Source: a virus (lineage: Duplodnaviria > Caudoviricetes). Taken from it: a stretch of 64,000 nt of DNA. How positions within the stretch are numbered: position 1 is the first letter of the stretch; every line of letters begins with the position of its first letter. The stretch spans positions 1-64,000 of the IMG/VR virus record IMGVR_UViG_2772190661_000001. The stretch is one strand, 5' to 3'. The notes below the pieces were generated by a model. It did no database searches. It was not told the origin of the DNA and worked only from the letters and a program-made list of their open reading frames with translations. Positions 35,243-44,360 of this stretch are shown piece by piece. Made by a program: the position numbers and the translations under genes.

Positions 35243-35764
35243 TCAGAGCTGCCAGTAGCCGTAGGCCGAGTTCTCGAACAGGCTGGTCACCCGTAGTTGG
35301 ATCTTCCCGGACTCGGCTGCTTCCTTCGACACGTCGAAGACGACCCAGCCGTCGGTGTTCTGGCCGGCCTTGAGGCTCGCCGTCGTGTAGTCGGGCTTCC
35401 CGTCGAACGAGCCATAGCCGACCTCGTAGACCTTCCCGCCGGCGTCGACGACGGACAGGTCACACGAGCACACGTATGCCTCGCCCTTGGTGACCTCGGT
35501 CTTGAGATGTACGAGCAGGTAGCGGCCCTGCTCGGGCTTCGAGTCGAAGTCGTCGGCGGTCTTGATCTCCGGCTTCGACAGGGTCCAAGTCGCGCCCAGC
35601 GTGTCGCTACTGACGGAGAGCGGCTGGCCGACCTCGACGGACTTCGGTGACGCGGACGGCGTGGGCGCGGGTGCTGCGGCGCCGCCGGTGATGCTGGTCC
35701 CTGACCCGCAGCCGAGCGCAACGAGCGCGGCGGTGATGAGCAGGGCGGTGGTGGTCTTGCGCAT
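35243..35764 (-). CDS. DUF4352-like lipoprotein
   Basis: Lipobox ALGC; Ig-like domain ending LKAGQNTDGWVVFDV. Confidence 0.85.
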   Translation of the reverse strand: MRKTTTALLITAALVALGCGSGTSITGGAAAPAPTPSASPKSVEVGQPLSVSSDTLGATWTLSKPEIKTADDFDSKPEQGRYLLVHLKTEVTKGEAYVCSCDLSVVDAGGKVYEVGYGSFDGKPDYTTASLKAGQNTDGWVVFDVSKEAAESGKIQLRVTSLFENSAYGYWQL

Positions 35765-35909
35765 GCGTGGACTCCAGTGGCGGACTGCGCTCGGACTGCA
35801 GCAGCCCCGCCGGGCAGTCCGATGCCGGCGGGGCGCGCATGCGAGAGTCCGGGAGTCGTGCGGTGTTACGCGCGGGTAGCCGATGGTTGATCAGGGCTGG
35901 CCGAGACGG

Positions 35910-36299
35910 CTAATCCGTTCCGGGTGGCCCGTTTTTGAAGTGCGGCATGATCCCGCCGTCGGGCTGCACGAGGTCGTGATTGTGATAGGTGCCCTTGGTG
36001 TCGTCGGCGAACGCGTGCGTGAAGTTGTTCGCCAGACTCTTGACGAAGTCGCGCATCTCCTGACAGAGGTCCATCCAGCCGTCGGACTGGGGGTAGAACA
36101 CGTCGAGGATCGCCTCGACGGCGCGGGCGCACCGCTTGTGGGAGACGAACAGCGGCGACGACTGGCGCCTATCGCCGACCCACCGGTCCCGGTAGTAGAT
36201 GTTGCCACTGCCAACGACCTGCTCGCGGCAGGCATCACAGATGAACGCGGGGCAGAGCATGGCTTCGGGCGGGCCGTCACGGGCCACCATTTCGATCAT
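35910..36299 (-). CDS. hypothetical Cys/His protein
   Basis: CDAC...HKRC. Confidence 0.65.
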   Translation of the reverse strand: MIEMVARDGPPEAMLCPAFICDACREQVVGSGNIYYRDRWVGDRRQSSPLFVSHKRCARAVEAILDVFYPQSDGWMDLCQEMRDFVKSLANNFTHAFADDTKGTYHNHDLVQPDGGIMPHFKNGPPGTD

Positions 36300-36360
36300 G
36301 CGGGGGGATTCCTATCTCTCGGTTCGCGGGCCACGCCCAGGGCTTGCCGATTTTCGCGGC

Positions 36361-36647
36361 TTTATCCGTGATTTAAAAACAGCGCCTGACCTGCATTTTT
36401 AGTTTCCCTCGTTTCTTTCGTACCCCCGGGAGGGGGTACAAGGACCTCCACGGGACAAAATCCGCCCCCACCTGGAACTATATATAAATATAAATAGATC
36501 GAGAAAATGCACATTCCTGCGCGAGGGCGTCCGCACCCACCCACAAGCCCCTACGAAAGAAACGAAGAAAACGAGGAAAGCCCCGAGCGGGGGGATTTTC
36601 CCAGCTCAGGGCCTATCTACTTACCTCGTACGTAAATACAGGGAAAC
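36361..36647. other. putative replication origin 2
   Basis: AT-rich core ACTATATATAAATATAAATAGA flanked by 14-bp IR TCGTTTCTTTCGTA / TACGAAAGAAACGA; GAAAACGA repeats; directly downstream of DUF3987 gene. Confidence 0.75.
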
Positions 36648-38630
36648 CTACGAGGAATCCCCCACCCAGCGCACCTCCAGCCGCGGACGACCACGGCCAA
36701 GGCTCACCTTCTCCAGCGTGTACTCCCCCGTAGCCACCAGCTCGCCAACCCACCCATCGATGTCATCGGCCTTCTCGTTGTTGCTGAACACCTGCTTGCC
36801 AATCTCCGTCCGGCCAGCCCGCCGGCCTTCACAGCCGTCCACGTACTCCTTGATCCGACCCGCATTGCGCGACACCCCTACCACCCGTCCCGCCGCCAGC
36901 AGATGCTCGATCGCCCACTCCCCAATCGCGATCGCGTCCCGCATCGTCGACTCCTCAATTCGATCGTCCGGGGTCATCCCGGCACCCAGATGCAACAGGG
37001 CTGCGACACGCAGAACTCGGGCCACGTGCTTGCCCGCCCACCCACGCACCTGACACAGGTCGCCGTCTCGCGACGGATCCATGCGCGGCTCGAGGACGTT
37101 CTGATAGTCAAGGTGCAGCTTCCACGCGCCACGGGTCAGGTCGATGACCGCCGACTCCGCCTCGATCGCCGCCTCCTCGGCTTGCCGGTCAACCAGCGCG
37201 TCATAGCCGACCAAGCTCTCCAGCAGCTCCGCCCACCAGCGCTTCAACCGCCGGCTCTGCGGCTCAGCCGGCACGTCGTCGATAAAGACCGACTCCCGCC
37301 CCTCACGCTTGCCGACCAGGTCGCCGGGCAACGAAACGAGAAAGCGGTTGATGAAGCCCGTCTCCTGCATGAGAGCGTTCTGCAGCATCTCGGCCACCAG
37401 TAGCGGCTGCGGCGAGATCGCCAGCGTCAGTGCGGCCCGACCGATCTGCCCGGCCTCGCGGGTGATCCGGGTCGGCTTGTACGGGGCGCAGTCGTAGCCC
37501 TTGAGGACAATCCCGAGGTTCGCCGTTCGGCCCGAGTACTGTCCACCCAGATTCCGCAGCAGCGTCCCCTCGTCGTCGATGACCGCGCCCGCGCCGAGGT
37601 TCGTCGACATGCGGTCGGCGAGCGCTTCCGGGCTGGTATCGCCGTCGAGCTCGACGACCGGCGCCGGTGGCGGGCTCTTCGCCAGGTCCTCGGCCTGCTG
37701 GCTGAGTCGTCGCGCGCGAGCCTTCAGGCCCTCTTTCTCCTCCAGGTCGGTCGTCACCGCCTTGCCTTTCGCTAGGACGTCCTCGATCTCGGCGGCGAGT
37801 CGCAGCTGCTCGCCCTCCACCCACTTTTCGTGCTGCTCGCGCAGCGTCCGGTTCGCCAGCCACAGCCCGTCGCGGAGTTCGGTGACCGGCGGCGACTTTG
37901 CGCTGCTGGACTCCATGCCGACCATCACGTACAGGTTCGTCGGCTGAATGAAGTCGTGGTCGCGGCGGACCAGAATGCGCGGGCCGGTCACGCCGGACAT
38001 GACACCGAGCATCATCAGGGCCGGCAGGTCCACCGGGACCTGCTTGCGCTCGGCCAAGTCGACCACGTACTCGCGCATCATCGGCGGCAGGTGCTCCACC
38101 GGAAACCGGCGGGCATGCCCGTGCCCTGCCGTGAGCGGCGTCGCTCCGGATCCTCGCTTGGCTCCGGGGGCCGGCTCGCCAATTTCTCCCTGGGCGTGCA
38201 GCCGCGCGGCGTCCGCGAGTGCAGCGGCGAGCGCTTCAGCGTTCCCGGATTTGGCTGCCTGCTGGACGCGGATGCCGACTTCCTCCGCGCGCCTCGTCCG
38301 GGCGGTGTCGGCAACACTTCGAGCATGCCAGGTGGCCGACGCGACCGTGGGCACCTCGGCGACGCAGCGCAGCAGGTAGGGGGCTCCACCGACACGCAGC
38401 AGGTCACCTGACCTGTGGAGCGTGTCGCCGACCGCCACTGCATCGGTGGGAGCTCCGTCAGAGCGGTTGTTGAGGACCGCTCTGAAGATCTCGCCGTGGA
38501 TCGGGCGCGCGAAGTCGTCGAAGGTCAGAATCGCCGCGAGGCTCGGAACACAGTCCGACTGCAGCATCATCGCGCCGAGCACGATTCTCTCGGACGCCTC
38601 CGGGTCTAAGCCGGTTGCGTTGCCGCTCAT
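36648..38630 (-). CDS. DnaB N-terminal domain + DUF3987 (YfjI-like) replication protein
   Basis: ASERIVLGAMM...DDF.RP.HGEIF (DnaB_N); FP.E.LP, NLY...GMESSSAKS, IDDEG, GFINRFL. Confidence 0.85.
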   Translation of the reverse strand: MSGNATGLDPEASERIVLGAMMLQSDCVPSLAAILTFDDFARPIHGEIFRAVLNNRSDGAPTDAVAVGDTLHRSGDLLRVGGAPYLLRCVAEVPTVASATWHARSVADTARTRRAEEVGIRVQQAAKSGNAEALAAALADAARLHAQGEIGEPAPGAKRGSGATPLTAGHGHARRFPVEHLPPMMREYVVDLAERKQVPVDLPALMMLGVMSGVTGPRILVRRDHDFIQPTNLYVMVGMESSSAKSPPVTELRDGLWLANRTLREQHEKWVEGEQLRLAAEIEDVLAKGKAVTTDLEEKEGLKARARRLSQQAEDLAKSPPPAPVVELDGDTSPEALADRMSTNLGAGAVIDDEGTLLRNLGGQYSGRTANLGIVLKGYDCAPYKPTRITREAGQIGRAALTLAISPQPLLVAEMLQNALMQETGFINRFLVSLPGDLVGKREGRESVFIDDVPAEPQSRRLKRWWAELLESLVGYDALVDRQAEEAAIEAESAVIDLTRGAWKLHLDYQNVLEPRMDPSRDGDLCQVRGWAGKHVARVLRVAALLHLGAGMTPDDRIEESTMRDAIAIGEWAIEHLLAAGRVVGVSRNAGRIKEYVDGCEGRRAGRTEIGKQVFSNNEKADDIDGWVGELVATGEYTLEKVSLGRGRPRLEVRWVGDSS

Positions 38631-38685
38631 GCGGGGGACCCCTTCGCCATCAGTGGATGAATGCCTGCCTGCGGTGCGGCGGGGT

Positions 38686-38931
38686 TCATCCGGTGCCGAT
38701 CGCGGCGAGAGCGTCGAGGAGGTGCCGGTAGGTGATGGCGCGGGCCCGGTTGGGCTTGTTGAGGCCGCGTTCCCAGCGGGAGATGGTCATCGGGTCGACG
38801 CCGACCTCAGCGGCGACCTCGGCAAGGGTGGCGCCGGATCGCTGGCGGATAGCGCGGCATTCGCTCGGCGGGGGGAGTCGGGTGGCGCGGATCGTTTCCA
38901 CGAGCGGCGGAGATTCGGGGGCGAGGGTCAT
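38686..38931 (-). CDS. XRE/Cro-like HTH protein
   Basis: RAIRQRSGATLAEVAAEVGVDPMTISRWERG. Confidence 0.85.
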   Translation of the reverse strand: MTLAPESPPLVETIRATRLPPPSECRAIRQRSGATLAEVAAEVGVDPMTISRWERGLNKPNRARAITYRHLLDALAAIGTG

Positions 38932-38934
38932 GAA

Positions 38935-39000
38935 ACGATCCTAGCGAAATTCCAAGAAATTTCTAGCAACTTGCTAGCACGTGTGGCAAGATTGCTCGCA
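38935..39000. promoter_or_regulatory. AT-rich divergent promoter between replication and transfer genes
   Basis: CTAGCAACTTGCTAG palindrome; GAAATT repeats. Confidence 0.6.
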
Positions 39001-40622
39001 TGCCACCGACTGCCGTGAGCAACCTGTTCGCCCCCGACTACGGCACCGGCTCCCCGCCGGCGGCCCCGGCCGAGCCGAACGCTGTGCCGTGGTGGCAGCA
39101 GCTCGCGCCCGACGCACTCGGATACGCCACCGGCCACTGGCAGGCCGCCGCCGCAGTCGCCCTCCTCGCGCTCCTCGCCTGGAAGGTCACCGGCCGCTTC
39201 CGCCGGACCCGCACCGCCGGAGGCGCGCCCACCGAGCCCGGCGGACTCACCCCCACCGACCGGGCCATCACCCGCATCACGGCCCTGATCGCCACCGCGG
39301 TCCTCGCGACCGGCATGTGGAAGTTCTTCGCCGACGTCCTGTCCTTCCACTGGACGATCCGGCTCGTCCTCTTCGCATTCGCCGAAGCGCAGATCATCTC
39401 CGCGTTCCGGCGCACCCGACGGCACATCTACCGGCACGGCAGCCTCGGCCACGGCGCCCGCGTCATCTACGGCATCGCCGCCGGCTCCGCCTTCCTCGCC
39501 TCGATCCACGCGACCAGCACCGACGAAGGCGCGTTCCGCTGGTTCGTCGCCGCGGTCGCCGCGTACATGGTCGTCGAGGAGCTCGTCGAAGAGCTGGACA
39601 TCTGGCTCACCAAGCACCCGGAGAAGCGGCCCGCCGGGTCCCGGAAACCCGGCCAGATCCACTGGGCGCTCACCCCCGAACGGATCCTCGTCTGGCTGCG
39701 CCTGGCCGAGCCGACCTCACGCGGCATCGAAGACGTCGCCAAGGCTCGCCGCCTCGCCCGACTCGCCCGGACCGCGTACCGGCTCCACCTGCTCCAGGAG
39801 ACGAAGTCCGCGAAATGGCGGGTCCAGCTCGCCGCCCGCTCGCTGCGCCGGCAGGCCGAGGCCGCGAACGAGCACCTGCAGCTCGGCACCGACCAGGCCG
39901 CGATCCGCGCGGTCCGGGAGCAGCTGGCCCTGCTCTACCAGGTCGCCGACGGCACGACCCGGGCCGCGGTCGCGGACGTGTCCCCGTGGGGCGGCCAGGT
40001 CCGGCTCGCCATCACCGGACATCCGCACCGGACATCCGCACCGGACATGACCGGACACGCGCCGGACGCGGTGACCGGACAGCGCGGTGGACAGCCGTCC
40101 GGACATCAGGTGGACACGCGACCGGACACCGCACCCGACAGCCCGGTGGACACCGGACTCGACACGGTGACCGGACAACGGGTGGACATGGTTCCGGACA
40201 GCGCGGTGGACATCGTGACCGGACAAGCGCCGGACATCAGTCCGGACGCCGCACTGGACACCCGACCGGCCACCCGTCTGGACATTCGACCGGTCACCGC
40301 CGCCGTCGCTGACCGGACACCACGACCGGACACCCAGGCGCGCCGTGACCGGACATCCAACCGGACACCGCGACCGGACACCAAGACCACGTCCGCGCAG
40401 GCCAAGGCCCGGAAACTCCGCGACGAAGACGCCCTCACCCACGAGCAGATCGCCCGGCGGCTGAACGTGTCCACGAAGACCATCTCGCGGTGGCTGAAGA
40501 GCGACGAGCCGGACACCAGCACCGCGCCGGACATGCCGATCCCGATGTCGCCCATCCCCGAGCCGCGCCCGCCGGTCACCGCCGGGACCAACGGGCACTC
40601 TCACAGCACCGAGGAGAACTGA
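39000..40622 (+). CDS. Spd-like (DUF2637-type) membrane protein with C-terminal HTH
   Basis: Several N-terminal TM helices, low-complexity linker, LTHEQIARRLNVSTKTISRWL. Confidence 0.75.
   Translation: MPPTAVSNLFAPDYGTGSPPAAPAEPNAVPWWQQLAPDALGYATGHWQAAAAVALLALLAWKVTGRFRRTRTAGGAPTEPGGLTPTDRAITRITALIATAVLATGMWKFFADVLSFHWTIRLVLFAFAEAQIISAFRRTRRHIYRHGSLGHGARVIYGIAAGSAFLASIHATSTDEGAFRWFVAAVAAYMVVEELVEELDIWLTKHPEKRPAGSRKPGQIHWALTPERILVWLRLAEPTSRGIEDVAKARRLARLARTAYRLHLLQETKSAKWRVQLAARSLRRQAEAANEHLQLGTDQAAIRAVREQLALLYQVADGTTRAAVADVSPWGGQVRLAITGHPHRTSAPDMTGHAPDAVTGQRGGQPSGHQVDTRPDTAPDSPVDTGLDTVTGQRVDMVPDSAVDIVTGQAPDISPDAALDTRPATRLDIRPVTAAVADRTPRPDTQARRDRTSNRTPRPDTKTTSAQAKARKLRDEDALTHEQIARRLNVSTKTISRWLKSDEPDTSTAPDMPIPMSPIPEPRPPVTAGTNGHSHSTEEN
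40014..40533 (+). repeat. clt/TRS-like direct repeat array within CDS
   Basis: About 18 CCGGACA plus about 7 (G/C)TGGACA, all co-oriented and in all three frames. Confidence 0.8.
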
Positions 40623-40624
40623 CC

Positions 40625-41245
40625 GTGCGCGACCCACTCACCTACCTGTACCGCTGCTTCGACCGCGAAGGTCAGCTGCTGTACGTCGGGGTCGCCGACG
40701 ACGTCGAGCGCCGCAAGCGGCAGCACGCCGGCGAGAAGTACTGGTGGCACGACGTCGCCCGCGTTACCAAGATGGCGTTCCCGCGCCGGATCGAGGCGCT
40801 GTGGGCGGAGTGGGCGGTCATCACGACGTGCGCGCCGCTCTACAACGCCACCGCGACTATCCCGGCCGTGCCCGGTGAGACCACCCGGCCCGCCCCGACC
40901 GCGCGCCGCGACACGAACTACCAGCTCACGGCACCTGCGATCCGCGCAGGCATGACGGATGAGCAGGTTGAGCAGTACGCCGAGCAGCGCGCCCAGGCCG
41001 TCCTCGCGCACGGCGAGACGAAGGCGTCTGCGATGCGCGAGTACTGGCTGACCTGCGCATCTCTTGGCGTTGAGGCCCGGGGCACCCGGATGGCGAAGGC
41101 CGCGGGCAGCGCCGAGTCGAAGGGCCGAGACCTGGCGATCCGCTGGCGCCGCGACCTCCAGTCTGGCGCGTCTACGGCGGACATCGCCGCCGCGCTCGAA
41201 CGCGTCACCACCGACTTGAGCAGCACAAACACCGAGGAGAGCTAA
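40625..41245 (+). CDS. GIY-YIG nuclease family protein
   Basis: YLYRCFD.EG.LLYVG....ERR..QH...AE..I....PLYN. Confidence 0.85.
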   Translation: MRDPLTYLYRCFDREGQLLYVGVADDVERRKRQHAGEKYWWHDVARVTKMAFPRRIEALWAEWAVITTCAPLYNATATIPAVPGETTRPAPTARRDTNYQLTAPAIRAGMTDEQVEQYAEQRAQAVLAHGETKASAMREYWLTCASLGVEARGTRMAKAAGSAESKGRDLAIRWRRDLQSGASTADIAAALERVTTDLSSTNTEES

Positions 41246-41247
41246 CC

Positions 41248-41544
41248 ATGACCGACCTGCAGATCCGGACGACCGTCACCCCGGCCGTCACCGCCCCCCG
41301 TCACTACCTGGTGCCGTTCACGGAGAACCCACCCGGCCCGCCACCGCCCTTGCCGCCCGTGCCGAAGTCGACCGGGATCGGGGTGACGGTCACCGGCGCG
41401 TCCGCGTCCGCGCTCCTCATCGGCGCCGCGGCAGTCGCCTCTCAGGCACTCGATGGGACCGCTTGGGCGCTGCCGCTGGGAGCGGCCGTCGTCACCGCCG
41501 GGGCAACCCGGTTCGTCGCCCACCACCGCCGCCAGCAGCCGTAG
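41248..41544 (+). CDS. two-TM membrane protein (Spd-like)
   Basis: Pro-rich segment plus two TM helices. Confidence 0.75.
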   Translation: MTDLQIRTTVTPAVTAPRHYLVPFTENPPGPPPPLPPVPKSTGIGVTVTGASASALLIGAAAVASQALDGTAWALPLGAAVVTAGATRFVAHHRRQQP

Positions 41545-41570
41545 CCGGCCCTTCAACGACGGGAGAAACG

Positions 41571-42035
41571 ATGACTCAAAGTAGCGGAGCGGAGGATGTG
41601 CGTGCGCGCACGCACATCGGAAACCCCACCCGCCCCACGCGCTCCACCAGCGCAAACACGCCGGGACGGCCGCCGCTGCGAGTCATCCGCGGCGGAACGC
41701 ACATCACACCGGCCGTCACCGAACCCACCACCGATCACGCAGAGTCCGATCACTACACCGACGCCACCGATGCGCTCCGCGACCACCCGATCGCCGCCCA
41801 GCCGCTCCCCACGCCCGCCGACGCGCTCGACACCCTCTGGCTCGACCGCGACGACGTCCGTCACGGCCTCGCCGGGCAGCTGGCCGCCGCGGTCGCCGGG
41901 CTGCTCCAGCTCGCCTGGCTCGCCCTCGCTCACTCCATCGCGAAAACCGCCGGCGCGTCCAAGACGACTGCGGCGATCGCCACCCTCGCCCTGATCCTCG
42001 CCCTCACCGCCTGGGCCGTCGCCGCCCACGTCTAG
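41571..42035 (+). CDS. membrane protein (Spd-like)
   Basis: C-terminal TM pair. Confidence 0.7.
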   Translation: MTQSSGAEDVRARTHIGNPTRPTRSTSANTPGRPPLRVIRGGTHITPAVTEPTTDHAESDHYTDATDALRDHPIAAQPLPTPADALDTLWLDRDDVRHGLAGQLAAAVAGLLQLAWLALAHSIAKTAGASKTTAAIATLALILALTAWAVAAHV

Positions 42036-42053
42036 CCCGAAAGGAGCACACCC

Positions 42054-42983
42054 GTGATCGACTGGTTCAACTCGCACGCCTGGCACATCGCCGCGATCAT
42101 CGCCGGGTTCGGCATCCGCTGGTTCGCCATGCAGTTCCTCGCCACCGCCACCAAGGCCAGCCTGCGCGCCGGCGCCGGACGGGCCGGACAGCCCGGCACC
42201 GGCCAGGCCGGCGGCACCGCCACCGCCACCAAGTCGAAGAAGTGGAACAAGCTGCGGGTCATCAAGACGATGACGCTGGCGCTCGTCGTCGCATCCGGCC
42301 TCGCCCTTGCCTACGGCACCATCCCGGCCGCCCAATGGGTGATCAGCTGGGGGTCCGGGTTCGGCGGGATCGTCGCCGCGATCTTCGGGGTGCTGTCCGT
42401 CGTCGCCGGATGGCGGGCCATCGAGTCCGGCGCGCAGCTCGTCCACGACCTGTCCGACGGCACTCCCGACGACGCCGCGTTCAACGCCGGGTTCTGGATC
42501 CCGACCCTCGTCCCGATCGGCTGGGCCGCGATCGTCGCCCTGTTCACCAGCGCCGAGGGCGTCACCAACCTCGTCTCGGCGATCATCATCTCCGCGATCA
42601 CGATCTTCTACGGGCACCGGATCCTCAAGCAGGCCCACAACGCCGCCGGGCACAAGCCGCTCTGGATGTACTACGCCTTCATCGTGTCGATCTTCATCGG
42701 GCTCGTGCACATCGTTGCGTTCGCGTACATCGACACCGGAATCGCCGCCTACCTCGGCTCCGGTCTCCTGATCATCCTGCGGGTCGTCTTCGCCGTCACC
42801 GCCATCGGCTTCCTCATCGCCGGCGCCGGCGACTGGATCCGCGACTTCATCCCCGAGAAATGGTCCCAGTGGGCCGCCATGTACGCCATCCCGATCCTCT
42901 TCGTCCTCCCCCAGGCCGTCTACGCCGACATTCAGAACCGAGGCCAGGACACGATCACCGTCATCTTCGGAGCGTTCTCATGA
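42054..42983 (+). CDS. polytopic membrane protein of transfer cluster
   Basis: About 8 hydrophobic helices; AAGGAG RBS. Confidence 0.8.
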   Translation: MIDWFNSHAWHIAAIIAGFGIRWFAMQFLATATKASLRAGAGRAGQPGTGQAGGTATATKSKKWNKLRVIKTMTLALVVASGLALAYGTIPAAQWVISWGSGFGGIVAAIFGVLSVVAGWRAIESGAQLVHDLSDGTPDDAAFNAGFWIPTLVPIGWAAIVALFTSAEGVTNLVSAIIISAITIFYGHRILKQAHNAAGHKPLWMYYAFIVSIFIGLVHIVAFAYIDTGIAAYLGSGLLIILRVVFAVTAIGFLIAGAGDWIRDFIPEKWSQWAAMYAIPILFVLPQAVYADIQNRGQDTITVIFGAFS

Positions 42984-43783
42984 CCAAGCCCACCCAGCAG
43001 CCCGGCGGCGACGAGAACGCCAAGTCCGCCGTCGCCTTCACCGCCATCATGACCGCGGTCGCCGGTGGAGCCGGCCTGGTCGTCGCCGGCCTGATCCTCG
43101 GCTTCGACTACCTGATTCACGGCGACCCCGACGAACGCGAGCAGCTGGAGAAGACCCGCGAGCAGCGGCGCGCCGACCGGTACGCCGACGCCCTCTCCTG
43201 GCTCGACGCGGACCGCGCCGACCGGGACCGGCACCGGCGGGCCACCCGGGACTGGTTCAGCGCCGACCCCGCCACCCGCGGCGAGAAGCCCGACAGCGGT
43301 GAGACCGTCGGCCGGGTCGCCGCCCGCCTGTGGAACGGGGCGATCGTCGGCTGGCGCCGGTTCAAGACCGGCTGGGACGACGGCCGCGCCGACGCCCGCG
43401 ACCGCCGCGACGCCGGCGAGCCCGGCTGGTGGCGGCCCGGCACCACCAAGCCCCGCACCAGCGGCCACGACGACGGCAAGGAGCAGGCCGGCGGCGAGCC
43501 GGTCACCGCGACCGGCGAGCAGACCGACTGGGACGGGCTCACCCCCGGCCCAGCGCCGGCCAGCACCGACGACGGCATCCTCGACGCCGAGGTCATCCCC
43601 GACCCGCCGGCCGTCGACCGGGACCTCGTTCCCGTCGGCCAGGACGCCACGCCCGGCCCGGACCCGCGGACCGCCAGCTACGACGCCAGGCTCGCCGACC
43701 TCGAAGCCGAGGTGTCCAGCAGCGCCGGCCAGCCGCGGCCCGGCTACCGCAACGGCCAGGCGCTCCGGGACGCGGACGCGTAA
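42980..43783 (+). CDS. membrane-anchored protein of transfer cluster
   Basis: ATGA-coupled; one TM; RRFKTGWDDG. Confidence 0.75.
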   Translation: MTKPTQQPGGDENAKSAVAFTAIMTAVAGGAGLVVAGLILGFDYLIHGDPDEREQLEKTREQRRADRYADALSWLDADRADRDRHRRATRDWFSADPATRGEKPDSGETVGRVAARLWNGAIVGWRRFKTGWDDGRADARDRRDAGEPGWWRPGTTKPRTSGHDDGKEQAGGEPVTATGEQTDWDGLTPGPAPASTDDGILDAEVIPDPPAVDRDLVPVGQDATPGPDPRTASYDARLADLEAEVSSSAGQPRPGYRNGQALRDADA

Positions 43784-43840
43784 GCGACCGCTTCGTCCAC
43801 ATCACCGACATCGACATCTTCTGAGCGAAGGAGAACATCC

Positions 43841-44281
43841 GTGAGCAACCTGGCGAACATCGGCGGCGGGGGTATCGCGCCCCGGTCCGGCGGGGCGATG
43901 GCCATGCCGTCCGGGACCGGCGCGGCCGGCGCCGCGAACGTGTCCATGGTCCGCATGATCGTCCTGCTCGGTCAGGCGGTCCGCGCCCTCGACGTCCTCG
44001 AAGACGTCGGCCGGGACCTGCTGGCCGAGGCCACCACGACCGAGGAGATGGCGAACTACCTCACCGCGTCGTTCGGGGAGCGCATCTCCCTGGAAGAGAT
44101 CCGGATCATCGCGCAAATGCTGACCCAGATCGTCGACGGCAGCAAGAAACTCGTCCACAAGGGCGCCGAGTCCGTCCGGGCCGCGACCATGGCGAACTTC
44201 CAGGTCCGCGTCGCCCAGGAGCAGCTGCACTCCCTCGGCGCCGACGGCGCCTGGGTCGACTCCCAGCGACGGGCCGGCTGA
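43841..44281 (+). CDS. helical protein upstream of TraB (TraA-like position)
   Basis: 146 aa, AAGGAG RBS. Confidence 0.75.
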   Translation: MSNLANIGGGGIAPRSGGAMAMPSGTGAAGAANVSMVRMIVLLGQAVRALDVLEDVGRDLLAEATTTEEMANYLTASFGERISLEEIRIIAQMLTQIVDGSKKLVHKGAESVRAATMANFQVRVAQEQLHSLGADGAWVDSQRRAG

Positions 44282-44360
44282 CGGCCGTGGAGCCCCGCGC
44301 CGCCCGGACCCGCGCCGGGCGGCGCCGAGTTTCCCGGACCAGCCCCGGAAGGAGAACCCG

